A DNA stretch of 63,665 nt, the filler included, from Craspedostauros australis (lineage: Eukaryota): NCBI GenBank assembly GCA_030167865.1. It is 5 parts of 5 records of this genome, joined end to end, with 100 filler letters (N's around TTAATTAATTAA, not from the genome) between each part and the next. Parts side by side here need not be neighbours in the genome. Positions count along the whole stretch, not along the records: positions 20,137 to 48,661 come from JALAGF010005798.1; 4 more parts are not named here. One strand, given 5' to 3'. Under the pieces are notes generated by a model that did not search any database, was not told the origin of the DNA, and saw only the letters and a list, made by a program, of their open reading frames with translations. Below are positions 21,160-31,814 of this stretch, in pieces. Position 1 is the stretch's first letter, and each line of letters begins with the position of its first letter. Made by a program: the position numbers and the translations under genes.

Positions 21160-22539
21160 GTGTTTCGTCGGTTTTCCCGTGTCTTGCTGGCGATCGGCGC
21201 TCTGTTTGTGGGATGGGAGTTCTTTGGATTTCAAATGATGTACTCCGGACCCTGCGACGCAGAGCGAAGAAGTAAACCATCCGGATTGAAGTCAGGTAAC
21301 ACATCGGCGATGGGCAACAGCGGACGTCCCAAAAGCGAGAATCTTGATTTCATCGTGGGAAGCGATGACAATCAGATCTTCGATCTGCAAGGTTTGCAGC
21401 CGAGAGTATGGGAGCGACGGTGGGATGGGAATTGGAGATCATCATCTTCACCATCGACATCTACTTCACCAGCAGCGGCAGCATCGTCATCAAAAGCACT
21501 ACCGCCATTGCCATGTTTCCAACCAAACAATGATATCGATTCAGAGAACTGGCGATCACGAACAAAAACGAAGAATGGGCTCGTCTTCATCAAGCCTACG
21601 AAGACAGGCGGTTCAACATTCGCGGGCATTCATCTACGCATCGCCAGGAATGTCGCCGTGCGACAGAGTCTGCCTGAGAACAAGGAAAAGAACAATCCCA
21701 ACTTCCCGACAATGTGCAAGGTGCGATTCGGGCACGGCGCGGCAAGCACGACCGTCCCAAATCGCGATCGAGCAGCATCTTTTCTATGGACGGTCATACG
21801 AAACCCCACCAAGCGTGCCATCAGTGGCTTCTTTCATTTCCATGTCTCCAGACGCAAGGTGGAACCGTCGGATGCAAACTTCCAAGACACCCTCATAAAG
21901 AATCCGCTGAACTTCAAGAGTGGCTATCTGCGATTGATGCAGCATCGGCAACCAGCGGTGCCGCCACGTATCCAGAAAAGTTCCATCAATCCAAACGTTT
22001 ACACCGTCGGCGCCATCATAGAGGATTTCGACTTCATCGCGATCACGGAACGCATGGAAGAATCCCTTGTCGTGCTGCAGTACCTCTTGAATCTCCCCCT
22101 CGACGATGTCCTTTACCTCAGCGCCAAGGTCAGCGGCGGATTCGACGACGGACGCTTCCAAGACACGTGCTTCCACATCATCCCCAGCTTCGTCACACCG
22201 GGAATGCGCGACTTCTTCCAACACAACACCACATGGCACCAGATGTCACGATGGGATCGATTGCTGTACGAAGTCGCCAATCAGAGCCTCGATCGCACCA
22301 TCGAGAAGATCGGACGCAAACGCGTCGATGCCGCCGTCATGCGGTTGCGTCATGCGTTGCGCGACATTCAAGATCGATGTGCCGACACCGCCGCCTTTCC
22401 TTGTTCGGTTGCGGGGGAACGGCGCAATGATACCGCTCATCAGTTGGATTGCATGTGGGTTGACATGGGTTGTGGCACACCCTGCATCGATCAGTATGTG
22501 AAAGAACGGGGCTTGTCGGACGTCCTGTGGGATGGATGA
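21160..22539 (+). CDS. Golgi-type sulfotransferase (galactose-3-O-sulfotransferase-like); start uncertain
   Basis: 5'-PSB FIKPTKTGGST, 3'-PB WTVIRNPTKRAISGFFHF, DFDFIAITERMEESLVVL and an N-terminal TM anchor. Confidence 0.8.
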   Translation: MFRRFSRVLLAIGALFVGWEFFGFQMMYSGPCDAERRSKPSGLKSGNTSAMGNSGRPKSENLDFIVGSDDNQIFDLQGLQPRVWERRWDGNWRSSSSPSTSTSPAAAASSSKALPPLPCFQPNNDIDSENWRSRTKTKNGLVFIKPTKTGGSTFAGIHLRIARNVAVRQSLPENKEKNNPNFPTMCKVRFGHGAASTTVPNRDRAASFLWTVIRNPTKRAISGFFHFHVSRRKVEPSDANFQDTLIKNPLNFKSGYLRLMQHRQPAVPPRIQKSSINPNVYTVGAIIEDFDFIAITERMEESLVVLQYLLNLPLDDVLYLSAKVSGGFDDGRFQDTCFHIIPSFVTPGMRDFFQHNTTWHQMSRWDRLLYEVANQSLDRTIEKIGRKRVDAAVMRLRHALRDIQDRCADTAAFPCSVAGERRNDTAHQLDCMWVDMGCGTPCIDQYVKERGLSDVLWDG

Positions 22540-23036
22540 GTGGAAGGATCGGGTGCACCATATGCGTATGCGTATGTACGTATGCGCATGTGGAGAAGAA
22601 ATGTCGTATGGTAAGGTAGAGTGCTACGGCTCCACCCCCTTGGCAGAAAAGAAGACTAGATATGGTCGCGGCAAATTGCTATTTGCTTAGGTTATGTTCC
22701 CACATAAACATACCTAATATAAATATTGCAATGAGTATATCTACCGCGACTTACATCGGAATCACAGAATTATCCACGATTCTCAATCAATCTCGTCTTT
22801 TCTTGTCGTCTTCATGAGAGCGGACACAAAACAAGCTGACCTGAGACAATCAACAACGCAGTCTGCATCGAAGAGCGAAGAGCGAAGGAGGTTGATCATC
22901 GGTTCATCCACAGATAGCTCGTAATGATTGTTGCAGGCAACTGCAGTTGAGATAGCAGCGCGGAATCATCCACCAGAAGACACACAATTAGACCGCGATT
23001 ACCTACTAACACGCTGCAGCTGAGACAGCATCCACG

Positions 23037-24416
23037 ATGAAGGAGAACACGAGAAGATCTCGCAGGGTTCCGGGAATTCCCACCAGCTGCAAGTACGCTC
23101 TCCTCCTTGCTGCCGTCGTCCTCTTCGTTGCTTGGGAATCCATGACAGTGCGCAACTTGGGCAGCCGTGACGACGAAGCTGCGCTGTGCGATGGCACAGA
23201 GATCAACGCGATGTCCGCAATGTGCACACCAGCAGAACGGCAACACGCCAAACCAAAGGCCGATTTCGTCAGCCTCCATCTCCAAGAGCACCCCATCGAT
23301 CTGCATGGCATCCAACCACGATTTTGGAAGCCGCGATGGGATTCAAAGCTCAATGACAATGCAGATGCTGGCAATAGCATGGAACAAGCTTCCGCGACTC
23401 ACAAATTGCCATTGCCTTGCGTCCAGCCTGACAACGAAGGACCCGACGACGATTGGATGACGCTAGCTGCCACGAGCACGGGCTTCATCTTCATCAAACC
23501 CAACAAAGTCGCCAGCACAAGCTTTGCCGCTGTCAACTTGCGCATCGCCCGCAACGCGGCACTGCGACAGGACCTGCCAAGCAACGACTACAACAGTCCC
23601 CACCATCGACGCATGTGCAAGGCCCGGTTCGAGCATGGCGCCGCGCGCGATCTGATTCGCCAACCGCGCGGTCAGTCTTTCCTGTGGACCGTCCTGAGAC
23701 ATCCGACGCGGCGTGCCGTCAGCCTCTTCTTCCATTTCCGCGTCTCGCGAACCAAGGTGGAACCGACCGACGAGAACTTCGAACGCATGCTGCGCAATGG
23801 CCTGCGGCCGCAGCTTGAGGATCATTATTTGGATTACATGCGGTTGCGGCCCAAAGGCGGAAACGACGATCCGGTTGCCGCGATCCGCGACATCATGGCC
23901 AACTACGATTTCATGGCCGTCACGGAACGCATGGACGAATCCATCGTCGTGCTGCAGTACTTGCTGAACCTGCCGCTGGACGACATGCTCTTCTTGAATG
24001 CCAAGGTCCACGGCGGATTCGACGACGCGCGATACAAGAATCGTTGCGTCCATATCGTGCCGAGCTTCGTGACGCCGTACATGCAATCCTTCTTTCGCAC
24101 GGATGAGTATTGGCAAACCACGATCCGATGGGACGAAGTCCTGCACGAGCTTGCGAACCAGAGCTTGGATTTGACGATCGAATCCATCGGACGGGAACGA
24201 TTTGACAAGGCCCTGTCGAGGTATCGCGTGGAGTTGAAACGGGCGCGCGATGCTTGTACGGAGGAAGCCGTATTTCCGTGTTCCGTGGGCGGCACGAAGA
24301 TGCCCGATGAGCTGACGCAGAAGGATTGCTTCGTGCACGACATGGGATGCGGCACGCCGTGCCTCGATCGTCATGTGCAGGCAAATGGATTGTCGCACGT
24401 GTACTTTGATGGCTGA
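23037..24416 (+). CDS. Golgi-type sulfotransferase, tandem paralog
   Basis: FIKPNKVASTS, WTVLRHPTRRAVSLFFHF, YDFMAVTERMDESIVVL and a type II TM anchor. Collinear with the upstream paralog. Confidence 0.85.
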   Translation: MKENTRRSRRVPGIPTSCKYALLLAAVVLFVAWESMTVRNLGSRDDEAALCDGTEINAMSAMCTPAERQHAKPKADFVSLHLQEHPIDLHGIQPRFWKPRWDSKLNDNADAGNSMEQASATHKLPLPCVQPDNEGPDDDWMTLAATSTGFIFIKPNKVASTSFAAVNLRIARNAALRQDLPSNDYNSPHHRRMCKARFEHGAARDLIRQPRGQSFLWTVLRHPTRRAVSLFFHFRVSRTKVEPTDENFERMLRNGLRPQLEDHYLDYMRLRPKGGNDDPVAAIRDIMANYDFMAVTERMDESIVVLQYLLNLPLDDMLFLNAKVHGGFDDARYKNRCVHIVPSFVTPYMQSFFRTDEYWQTTIRWDEVLHELANQSLDLTIESIGRERFDKALSRYRVELKRARDACTEEAVFPCSVGGTKMPDELTQKDCFVHDMGCGTPCLDRHVQANGLSHVYFDG

Positions 24417-24669
24417 TGTGCGGCAAACGACGGGTCCGCAGATTGAACCACTGTGCTCCAGTGGGCTGTAGCAATCGAATGATATGGACCTTTGAATAAC
24501 AGTAGGTTGCATAATATGTTGGAGACCAGGGTATGCTGTTGTGAATCCACGTTTAATACGCATTATGGTATCTGCTTGCATGTATAATATGAGTATGCAC
24601 TGTATACATGTGTAATACATTCACTGACACAAGTCAATACAGACCGAGCATGGATCGTTCGAGTACAGT

Positions 24670-26730
24670 TCACTTTGTCGAGACATCCAGTTTTTGTCGT
24701 TTGGCTGGTGTCGGCCGTTTCGTTGCATGATGATGCTCGTCATCCGAATCATCGTCGCCGTCCATGCCGGCCTGCCCTTCCGATACTTGCGCCGCGAGAT
24801 TCTTCTGCTCGATCTCTTCGACGAGACCGCGCAATGCCCTGGACGAATCGGATTCCTGACCGTTCTTGGGCAGGTTGGTGAGCTCGGTGGCCTTGCGGCG
24901 GTTCGTGGAGGATTCCTTGCGTTCGGCACCTTCCGATTCTGCCGTGTCGAGGACCTGCTCGTTGAGCCTGTGGATCATGTTGATGAAGAGGCGTTCGTCT
25001 TCGTAGAGACCTTCCTTGCCTTCTCGTAGGAGGTGCTTGGAGACCTCTTCGTAAAGGCGTTCGCAGCGCGTGATCATCTCCATGACGCGGGGGTAGCTGG
25101 TGAAGTTGGCCTTGTTGACGACGTTGGCCATGAATGCGTTGCGCGTGTCGTATCCCGTGACCTTGTCGTGCTTCTTGAGTATCTTGGAGAAGCTGCAGTA
25201 GGTCATGATGGCGAAGGTCTCGAGGAGGAGGAGGTCCTTGTAGAGACGGTATATGCTCTTGGCGAGGAGGGACCATTTCTCGTCGACCATGATTGAGTTT
25301 GGCTGCTTCATGATCTCCATCCCCTTGCGCACCCGTTCCTCGCGGATGATGAACTCCTGCTGGGCGCGGTCGAAGAAGTGCGATGCCTTTTTGAACTCCG
25401 CGTGCAGGAGCTTGAAGAATGCGATTTCGCCCGGTGATTTGCCGATGGTTCGTCTGGACGTTGTGACGGCCTGTGGTTGTCGCGTTGTTGCCACTGCCAC
25501 TGCTGCTGATGTGATTGCTGTTGTTATTGATGCCGATGCCGGATGTGATTGCTGGTGCTGTGGTTGTGCTTGTGACTGTTGTTGCTGATGCGTTTGTTGT
25601 TGTTGCTGTTGATGTTGCTCCTGTCCATGCTGCGAACCTGAGAATGTACTTCGTTTCAGAGACGCGCTGAAAGATAGGAGTGTTTCATGATGCTGCTGTC
25701 TGTCTGCCTTTTGTGCATTGTCCGTCGTTTTGTCTGCTTGTCTTAGCGCCGCCGCCATGGAAGAAGCAGATGTGATCGATGAATCGATGGAAGCCGCCGG
25801 TGATTCAGGACGCGGTCGTTTGGCTTTGCCTCCTTCTGTTGGAACTAGTGATGGCAATTCTTTGATCAGTTTCTGTCATCATGTGATGCGGTGACGTTGT
25901 TGTGCACATTGGATGCGTACAATTGGATGTATTCATTGGATGTATTCATTGGATGTATTCATTGGATGTATTCATTGGATGCGTGCATGGGTAGAAGAGA
26001 AATGAGACAGTCCGAGCATGGGAAAGGTGATTTGGTGAGAAATGGTCGTACCAGCAGAGTATTGCAAGTTGGAATGATCGAGAGAACGTAAACACAGCCG
26101 GCGTCGTCGAATGGTGTGATTGGGCGAGTATTGCGGCGTTGCGGACGATGCTTGGACCCATGGTCGTGGGTTGTCCGCCATTGCCGAGATCGTGTTCATC
26201 GTGTTTGTGCGACGAATCTCCACGATGGCGGGAGATTCGGGAGTGACGCGCACCGCATTTATTGGGATTCTCGAACGTGGAAGCTGCGTCTGCGCCCTTC
26301 TTCATCTGCGGTCATGTGCATGTGTGCGCATCCGAATGAAGAGGCTGCCGCTGATCATGTCCATGCGCATGGCCATGAGTGTATCTGGATGTTGCCATCG
26401 ACGACGATGAAGAAGACAATGCGTACTTGTGGAGCAATAGCATGATGACGACTAACTGCCGCCGCGATTCCACCATCATTGAAGAAGCAGCCACCACAAA
26501 TCCGAAGACGTTCCCACTGGAAGATGTCACCTCTGCATGACGTTCACGTTGCCTCTCCTGCTCTCACACATCCCATTGCGCATCATCGACAATGACGAAG
26601 GTGTTGTGACGAACACACAAAGCAGTTCCAGCATCATTCTTACCTTGAGCATCTTGTAGTTGGTCCAGTACGGAGCCCATTCTGGATCGGAGATGTCCAC
26701 CACCCGTTGCAGGTTCTTGCAGAACTTCAT
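24670..26730 (-). CDS. SPX-domain phosphate-sensing protein; exons 26730-26644 and 25872-24670 (about 429 aa)
   Basis: SPX N-terminus MKFCKNL..PEWAPYWTNYKMLK|KLIK is joined across a GTAAG...CAG intron. FFKLLHAEFKKASHFF and the lysine cluster FSKILKKHDK are present. Confidence 0.92.
25922..25981. repeat. 13-bp tandem repeat (ATTGGATGTATTC)x4.6 in the SPX intron
   Basis: Seen directly in the sequence. Confidence 0.9.
26213..26239. promoter_or_regulatory. Inverted pair of CGAATCTC motifs in the SPX intron (candidate PSR/PHR-type sites)
   Basis: CGAATCTC at 26213-26220 and GAGATTCG at 26232-26239. Confidence 0.5.
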
Positions 26731-27381
26731 TGTGCTCTGTCGCTATTGCTATCACTATTGCTATCTCTATTGCTATTGTGTTGATGTGGTTGCTATTGCG
26801 ATTGTGTTGATGTGACGGACTCTCTGCTGTGATCAATGGTGTACGACTCGAGTATGGCAAGACTGCTATTGTGCTATCTCCGCTGAATGGCTCCCTCGTT
26901 CTTCATCTGCGATTCTGTTGTGGATGATGTTTGCTGTTGTGTTATGATCAAGAGGAGTCGGAGGACGGTATCCAGTTGTTGTTGTTGCTGATGTTGTTGC
27001 TGATGTTGTTGCTGTTGGTTGTTGTATGCTCCCTCCGCCACTCGCTTTGCTCTTGCGTCCTTCCTGGCTTTCGCGTTTCGTTGGTTGTGCTTCCCGGTTG
27101 ACACCACAGAAAGCCGTGGGGCTTCTGTTTGTTTTCTCTCTCTCCTGCCAATACTCCTCGCTTTTCTTTGTTGTCGTGGTTGCTGTTGCGGTTGTCGCCG
27201 CGGTGACCGATGCATGCTCGTCTGTCTCCGTGTTTGCGGTGGACAAGGGGTCCTCCTTGTTCGTGTGTCTTTACTCCGCTACGCTTGGCGCGGCGTTTTC
27301 GCCTGTCCATCCACCAGCTTTATCACGGATCAACTGTTTAATTAACGAACCCTGGCGTCAAGGAGCGACGCCATTTGCGCC

Positions 27382-27456
27382 CACGTGTTTTGGTACCACA
27401 AAAACAGATTCTCCCAAGATTCCACACGCAAAGTTCTGTGGCGAATCTCCACGATG
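27382..27456. promoter_or_regulatory. Cluster of three GAATCT/AGATTC motifs plus a CACGTG box upstream of SPX
   Basis: CACGTG at 27382-27387, AGATTC at 27406 and 27417, CGAATCTC at 27442. Confidence 0.5.
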
Positions 27457-28159
27457 CTCATCATGGTGGCTATGTGATTGTTCCGCACGCAGAGGAGCGG
27501 AGTAACACCACGGAATGGAGCACGCGACGAATGAACGAAGGGATGGTTGGTGGTCGGTCGGTTGGCTTGGATGCAGATGCTTCGTCACGGTACGAGCATT
27601 GCTGGGATTGGAAATGGCAAAGTGCTCGTCGTTGTAGTCGTGTTGCTGTTGTTGCTATTTTTCCACCTTTATCATCTTGCTCTATGTCATGCTTTGAAAC
27701 GACGCCGGTGTGCCAATGCCCGTTCTCCGTTTCGGTACTTTGTCCGAAGACGGACGTGGCGGCACCAGCCCATCCAGAGCACCAACAGATGTGCTCCAGC
27801 TGCGATTCATGTTCGCTCTTTGAATCCGCGCGTTGGTGTCCATGAACCTTCCTGATTCTCCGCATCCACCAAGAGGTTCACCATTCCTTCTATTCTCTGT
27901 CGTCATTGGAGCCAGTCTCTTCGTCTGAAGAAGCCTGTTCGCGTTCCCATGGAATGCATCAGTTCTCTCCGTGTGTTTGTCCATGAACAGTGCGTCACGA
28001 TGAGCCAATCTGCCAAAGATTCTCCACAGGCTTTCAAACCTCTCAATCAATCAGTCAATCAATCAATCGATCGACAATTGAAGCAATCGACAATTGAAGC
28101 CATCCAGCCAGCCATCCACCCATCGATCGATCAATCCATCAATCCATCAAACAGAACAA

Positions 28160-29176
28160 TCAGTATTCCCGAAAGGAGCCCACCAACAGATCCTCCATCA
28201 CGTCATCGGTCACGACTTGGAAGGACATCTCCGTTGATCCCTCGCACAAGCCTTCATCATCGATGATCTTGACGGCGTGCAATGACACGATCTGATTGTC
28301 ATTCTCAAACAGCAAGCCTTCCAACGAATCGAACACGAACTTCGAGAGGTTGTCGACGTCGCTGCGGATGGGCTTCAATGCGACGGGCGCGTTGTCCTTC
28401 CGATTGCCAATTTCTCGGCGGCTACTCACGAAGTCGTGATTCGGACGGCGTTTGCGAAAGATGATCGTCACGGCGAGGTACTGGTCCTCCCCAAACAGTG
28501 TGGGCCGCGATTTGGCGGAGAGTTTCTTCCAGACCCCAAAGCCGGGCGTCGTCGCATCGTCGACCGCGAGCAGCTGCTGTTCCACGGCCTTGCAGAATGA
28601 AGCCTGGTACTTGGCAGATGGATTGTACACGTGACCACGCGCTGTGCGATGCCGATTCAGCGGGCGCGGCTCTCCTCGGATCTTAGTTCGGAAGAGCTGC
28701 GGTGAGTTCGCGCACTTCAGTATCGTCTCGTCCGCGCTGTCGATCCAATGGAACACCTCCTTTTCCTTCTTTGGCTTCGTCGTCTTTTTCTTTTTCTTGA
28801 CTGCTGCCTTCCTGCCTTTCTTCTGGCCTTTCTTCTTTGCCTTGATTTCGGGAAGAGACCGTGTCAGTTCTCCAGTTTCGGTGTTGGCGCTCATGTCACC
28901 ATTCAGCGTGGAGGCAAGCAGCCGGTGGGTTCTCTTGCGCTGGCTTGGCATCGACAGCGCGCTTCTTATCTCTCCCTGCTCCTGTCGTGGTCGGCACACA
29001 TTGTTGTGCTGCCAAGTCAACAACACACCTATTGACACGGACGACGACGACGGTGGCTTACTACTCCGCATGCGCGGCTGCGGAAGAAAGGGAGAAGCTG
29101 GCTGCAGCAACAACATCAGGATGCTGGCCAACTGAATCAGCTTGCTCCCGCTGGTGTTCCGTATCGTGCCCATCAT
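28160..29176 (-). CDS. RusA-family Holliday-junction resolvase with putative bipartite (plastid) presequence
   Basis: IRGEPRPLNRHR..GHVYNPS and the catalytic DVDNLSKFVFDSL..LFENDNQIV. The N-terminal hydrophobic stretch ends in ASP-F and is followed by an S/R-rich segment. Confidence 0.8.
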   Translation of the reverse strand: MMGTIRNTSGSKLIQLASILMLLLQPASPFLPQPRMRSSKPPSSSSVSIGVLLTWQHNNVCRPRQEQGEIRSALSMPSQRKRTHRLLASTLNGDMSANTETGELTRSLPEIKAKKKGQKKGRKAAVKKKKKTTKPKKEKEVFHWIDSADETILKCANSPQLFRTKIRGEPRPLNRHRTARGHVYNPSAKYQASFCKAVEQQLLAVDDATTPGFGVWKKLSAKSRPTLFGEDQYLAVTIIFRKRRPNHDFVSSRREIGNRKDNAPVALKPIRSDVDNLSKFVFDSLEGLLFENDNQIVSLHAVKIIDDEGLCEGSTEMSFQVVTDDVMEDLLVGSFREY

Positions 29177-29803
29177 CGCGCCGACGACTTGTGCGCAACG
29201 CCTCTCTTGTCCTCAACGCAACTCTGCTTGAACAGCCAAAACGACAGCTCCACCAAATGGCAACTGTTGTGGATGATGTTGATGATGCCGACATGAACAT
29301 CAGCGCAATCGCTGTCTCCTCTTGTCGCCGCACTCTCGTTGTTTTTGTTGGTGGTGCCAACGCGTGGCGTGGAATGGTGTGTTTGGATTTTCGCGGAGAT
29401 GGATCCGAACTGGTCTTCTCATCTGAGTCACGTTCTAGTCCTGTCTACATACTATTCTGTGAAAATAGAGAAGGAAAAGATGCGAGAAGTTCTCTGCAAT
29501 CGATGTAGTCAACCTAAATCGTGGTTCACAAAACACGAACAAAACGAATCCACGACACGAGTGGAACTTCGCACCAAATCGTTCTGCAACAAGCGTTGTT
29601 GTGTTCCGCAACCACCAGAACCACGTCTCAGTTGGTGCCATCATGATGTGTTTCTCTCTTGTTTGTGTGTGTTGCGGCACACGGAGCGTTGTGGATCCAA
29701 AACATGATGCGCGAGACGGGATGGTCACATAATCAAGCGAGATCGCATCATCAACTTCAAAGCAGCATCGACAGCAGTATCAAGAGCAGGAACGTGAACA
29801 ACC

Positions 29804-31240
29804 ATGACGATGGCATTGAGGGAAATGGTGGGAAAGATGGGCTTGCCGTTTCTGCGGCAGCACTGCGAATCGCAAGAGGACTTTGCGAACTGGCAGGAGG
29901 ACAGCAGCTCCACATGCGACGGATGGTCCACCACCGTCCGGCAGCCAACGAACAAGGGCCAGGCCCGTTTCCGCCGCCAGTTGGATGCCATTGCCAAGCG
30001 CCGATGGAAGGATATCATGGCGTGGGTCGCCTTCCACCCACACGAGGTTGCCACGCTGCGCGATGCCAAGAACCAGTCCATCCTGCATCATGCCTGCCTC
30101 TTCTTCGCTCCTGCAGAAGTCGTCGATTTCATCCTCTACGCGGCGCCGCAGCTCGTCGATGTCCCCAACGAGGATGGCGAGCTGGCCTTGCATTGGGCCG
30201 TGCGTCTCTCCACTCCGCTTCCCATCCTCAAGCTCCTGCTGCGCACGAACCCCAGCACCGCCTTCCAGCAGGATCATCTGGGCACCACTCCCATCGGTCT
30301 GCTGTGGGAGCGTCATCAGTCCCAGTGTCTCAGAACTTGGCGCAACGATAGTCGCAAACCGAAGGGCAAGCTGCAACTGCATGGTTGGAAGCGCATCCTC
30401 ATGGTGTACGAAGCGTCGCAGCAACACAGCGTCCAATCGAGCACGAACCGCGACATTGGCAGCCTCGTCGATGGCAAGGGAGAGGAGAACTGTGCGCTCG
30501 TTGGCCAGAGACGGCTCCGCATGCCCGTCAATGACGCTCGCATCACAAACAACGTGACAGCACCAAGAAAGGAGCATCCGGAGAATATGGCAGGCGCACC
30601 AGAGTTCCTGCCGTTGCACGCAGCAGCAGACCGGCCATGCCCGGCCGGGTTGTTCCCATTCTTCCTTGAGATCTACAAGGATCAAGCAAGGCGCAGAGAT
30701 TCGTTCGGTCGACTTCCACTGACGATCGCATGCCAAAACCCAACGGCCAATCGTTCCATGGACGTGGCCACCAAGATCGAACAGCTGCTGCAGGTATACC
30801 CCGAAGCTGTTGTGGATGTTGGTATTGCCAATCCTTCCAACGAAAAGGAGCACAATGCGTTCCCTCCATCGCCACTGTCATCCACATCGCCGCCACCTCA
30901 TCGCCATCGGTATCCGTTGCATGATGCGTTGGCAGCCAACGTGCGATGGGAAGATGGTCTTGAGGACCTGGTGCGCTGCACTCAAATGCACAACAAGGCG
31001 CATCCCTGCATCTTCAGCATTCTCGATCCACAGAGCGGACTGCCACCATTTGCGCTCGCCGCTGCATCAGCGAATTCTGTTGTGCCGGTATACTCGAAGG
31101 AGCGTGGAGGCCGCACTGTGACGACTTTGGCGAGCGGAGAAGATGGTGACGATGGTATAGATGGCAGGAAGAAGGGCGGCCTGCCTCAATTGAACACGGT
31201 CTATCGAATCTTGCGGGCTGATCCATCGTTGTTGCAGTGA
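29804..31240 (+). CDS. Ankyrin-repeat protein (diatom-expanded type)
   Basis: NQSILHHAC, GELALHWAV, GTTPIGLL, LPLHAAA, GRLPLTIAC, YPLHDAL, SGLPPFALAA and the terminal LNTVYRILRADP. Confidence 0.8.
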   Translation: MTMALREMVGKMGLPFLRQHCESQEDFANWQEDSSSTCDGWSTTVRQPTNKGQARFRRQLDAIAKRRWKDIMAWVAFHPHEVATLRDAKNQSILHHACLFFAPAEVVDFILYAAPQLVDVPNEDGELALHWAVRLSTPLPILKLLLRTNPSTAFQQDHLGTTPIGLLWERHQSQCLRTWRNDSRKPKGKLQLHGWKRILMVYEASQQHSVQSSTNRDIGSLVDGKGEENCALVGQRRLRMPVNDARITNNVTAPRKEHPENMAGAPEFLPLHAAADRPCPAGLFPFFLEIYKDQARRRDSFGRLPLTIACQNPTANRSMDVATKIEQLLQVYPEAVVDVGIANPSNEKEHNAFPPSPLSSTSPPPHRHRYPLHDALAANVRWEDGLEDLVRCTQMHNKAHPCIFSILDPQSGLPPFALAAASANSVVPVYSKERGGRTVTTLASGEDGDDGIDGRKKGGLPQLNTVYRILRADPSLLQ

Positions 31241-31814
31241 ACACAAAAAAGAGAGGGGAAGGGTGAACTTTGAGTGCATGAGAATTGCATGGTACGGGGA
31301 CATTCTCATCACGATGTAGCAATATTGCAATACTCTTACTATACATACAACCAATTTAACCTGGAGCAATGTAGCATTCCAGACCGTAACACACGTATGG
31401 AAAATGTGGTCCTAGTATAGCAGAGCACTGGGGATGGCACCCACATGATACCTCTCTTCTTGAGGTGAGAGATGAGAGCGCCAAGAACTTGATTCCTTGA
31501 TGTATCTTTTGGATTGTTCTGATTGGTCAGTTTTGGCGCCTTTTGTCGTTTCAAATCCTCCTCATCTTTTGACGTCGACCAATGACACACACCATCCTGT
31601 GTTGTTGTTGTTGAACCATCAACAGCCTTCTCAATTCAACTTGTACCACCAGCACAAACCGTATCACGAGTGATGGGCAACCGTGCCCGTAGTTGTGGTT
31701 GCCCACTGCAACCACACCATACGAGCATGACAGGACCAAAGCTCCAGTTCACCTGCACTCAACATCATCGCGTGCGCAACGACCGTACCGCCAGCCTGTC
31801 ACTAAACCGAGCAG

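Noticed and set aside
14314..24416. FAAL-carrier gene plus sulfotransferases as one biosynthetic cluster (olefin-synthase-like logic)
   Set aside because: An artificial linker at 20037-20136 separates them, so their adjacency is not biological evidence.
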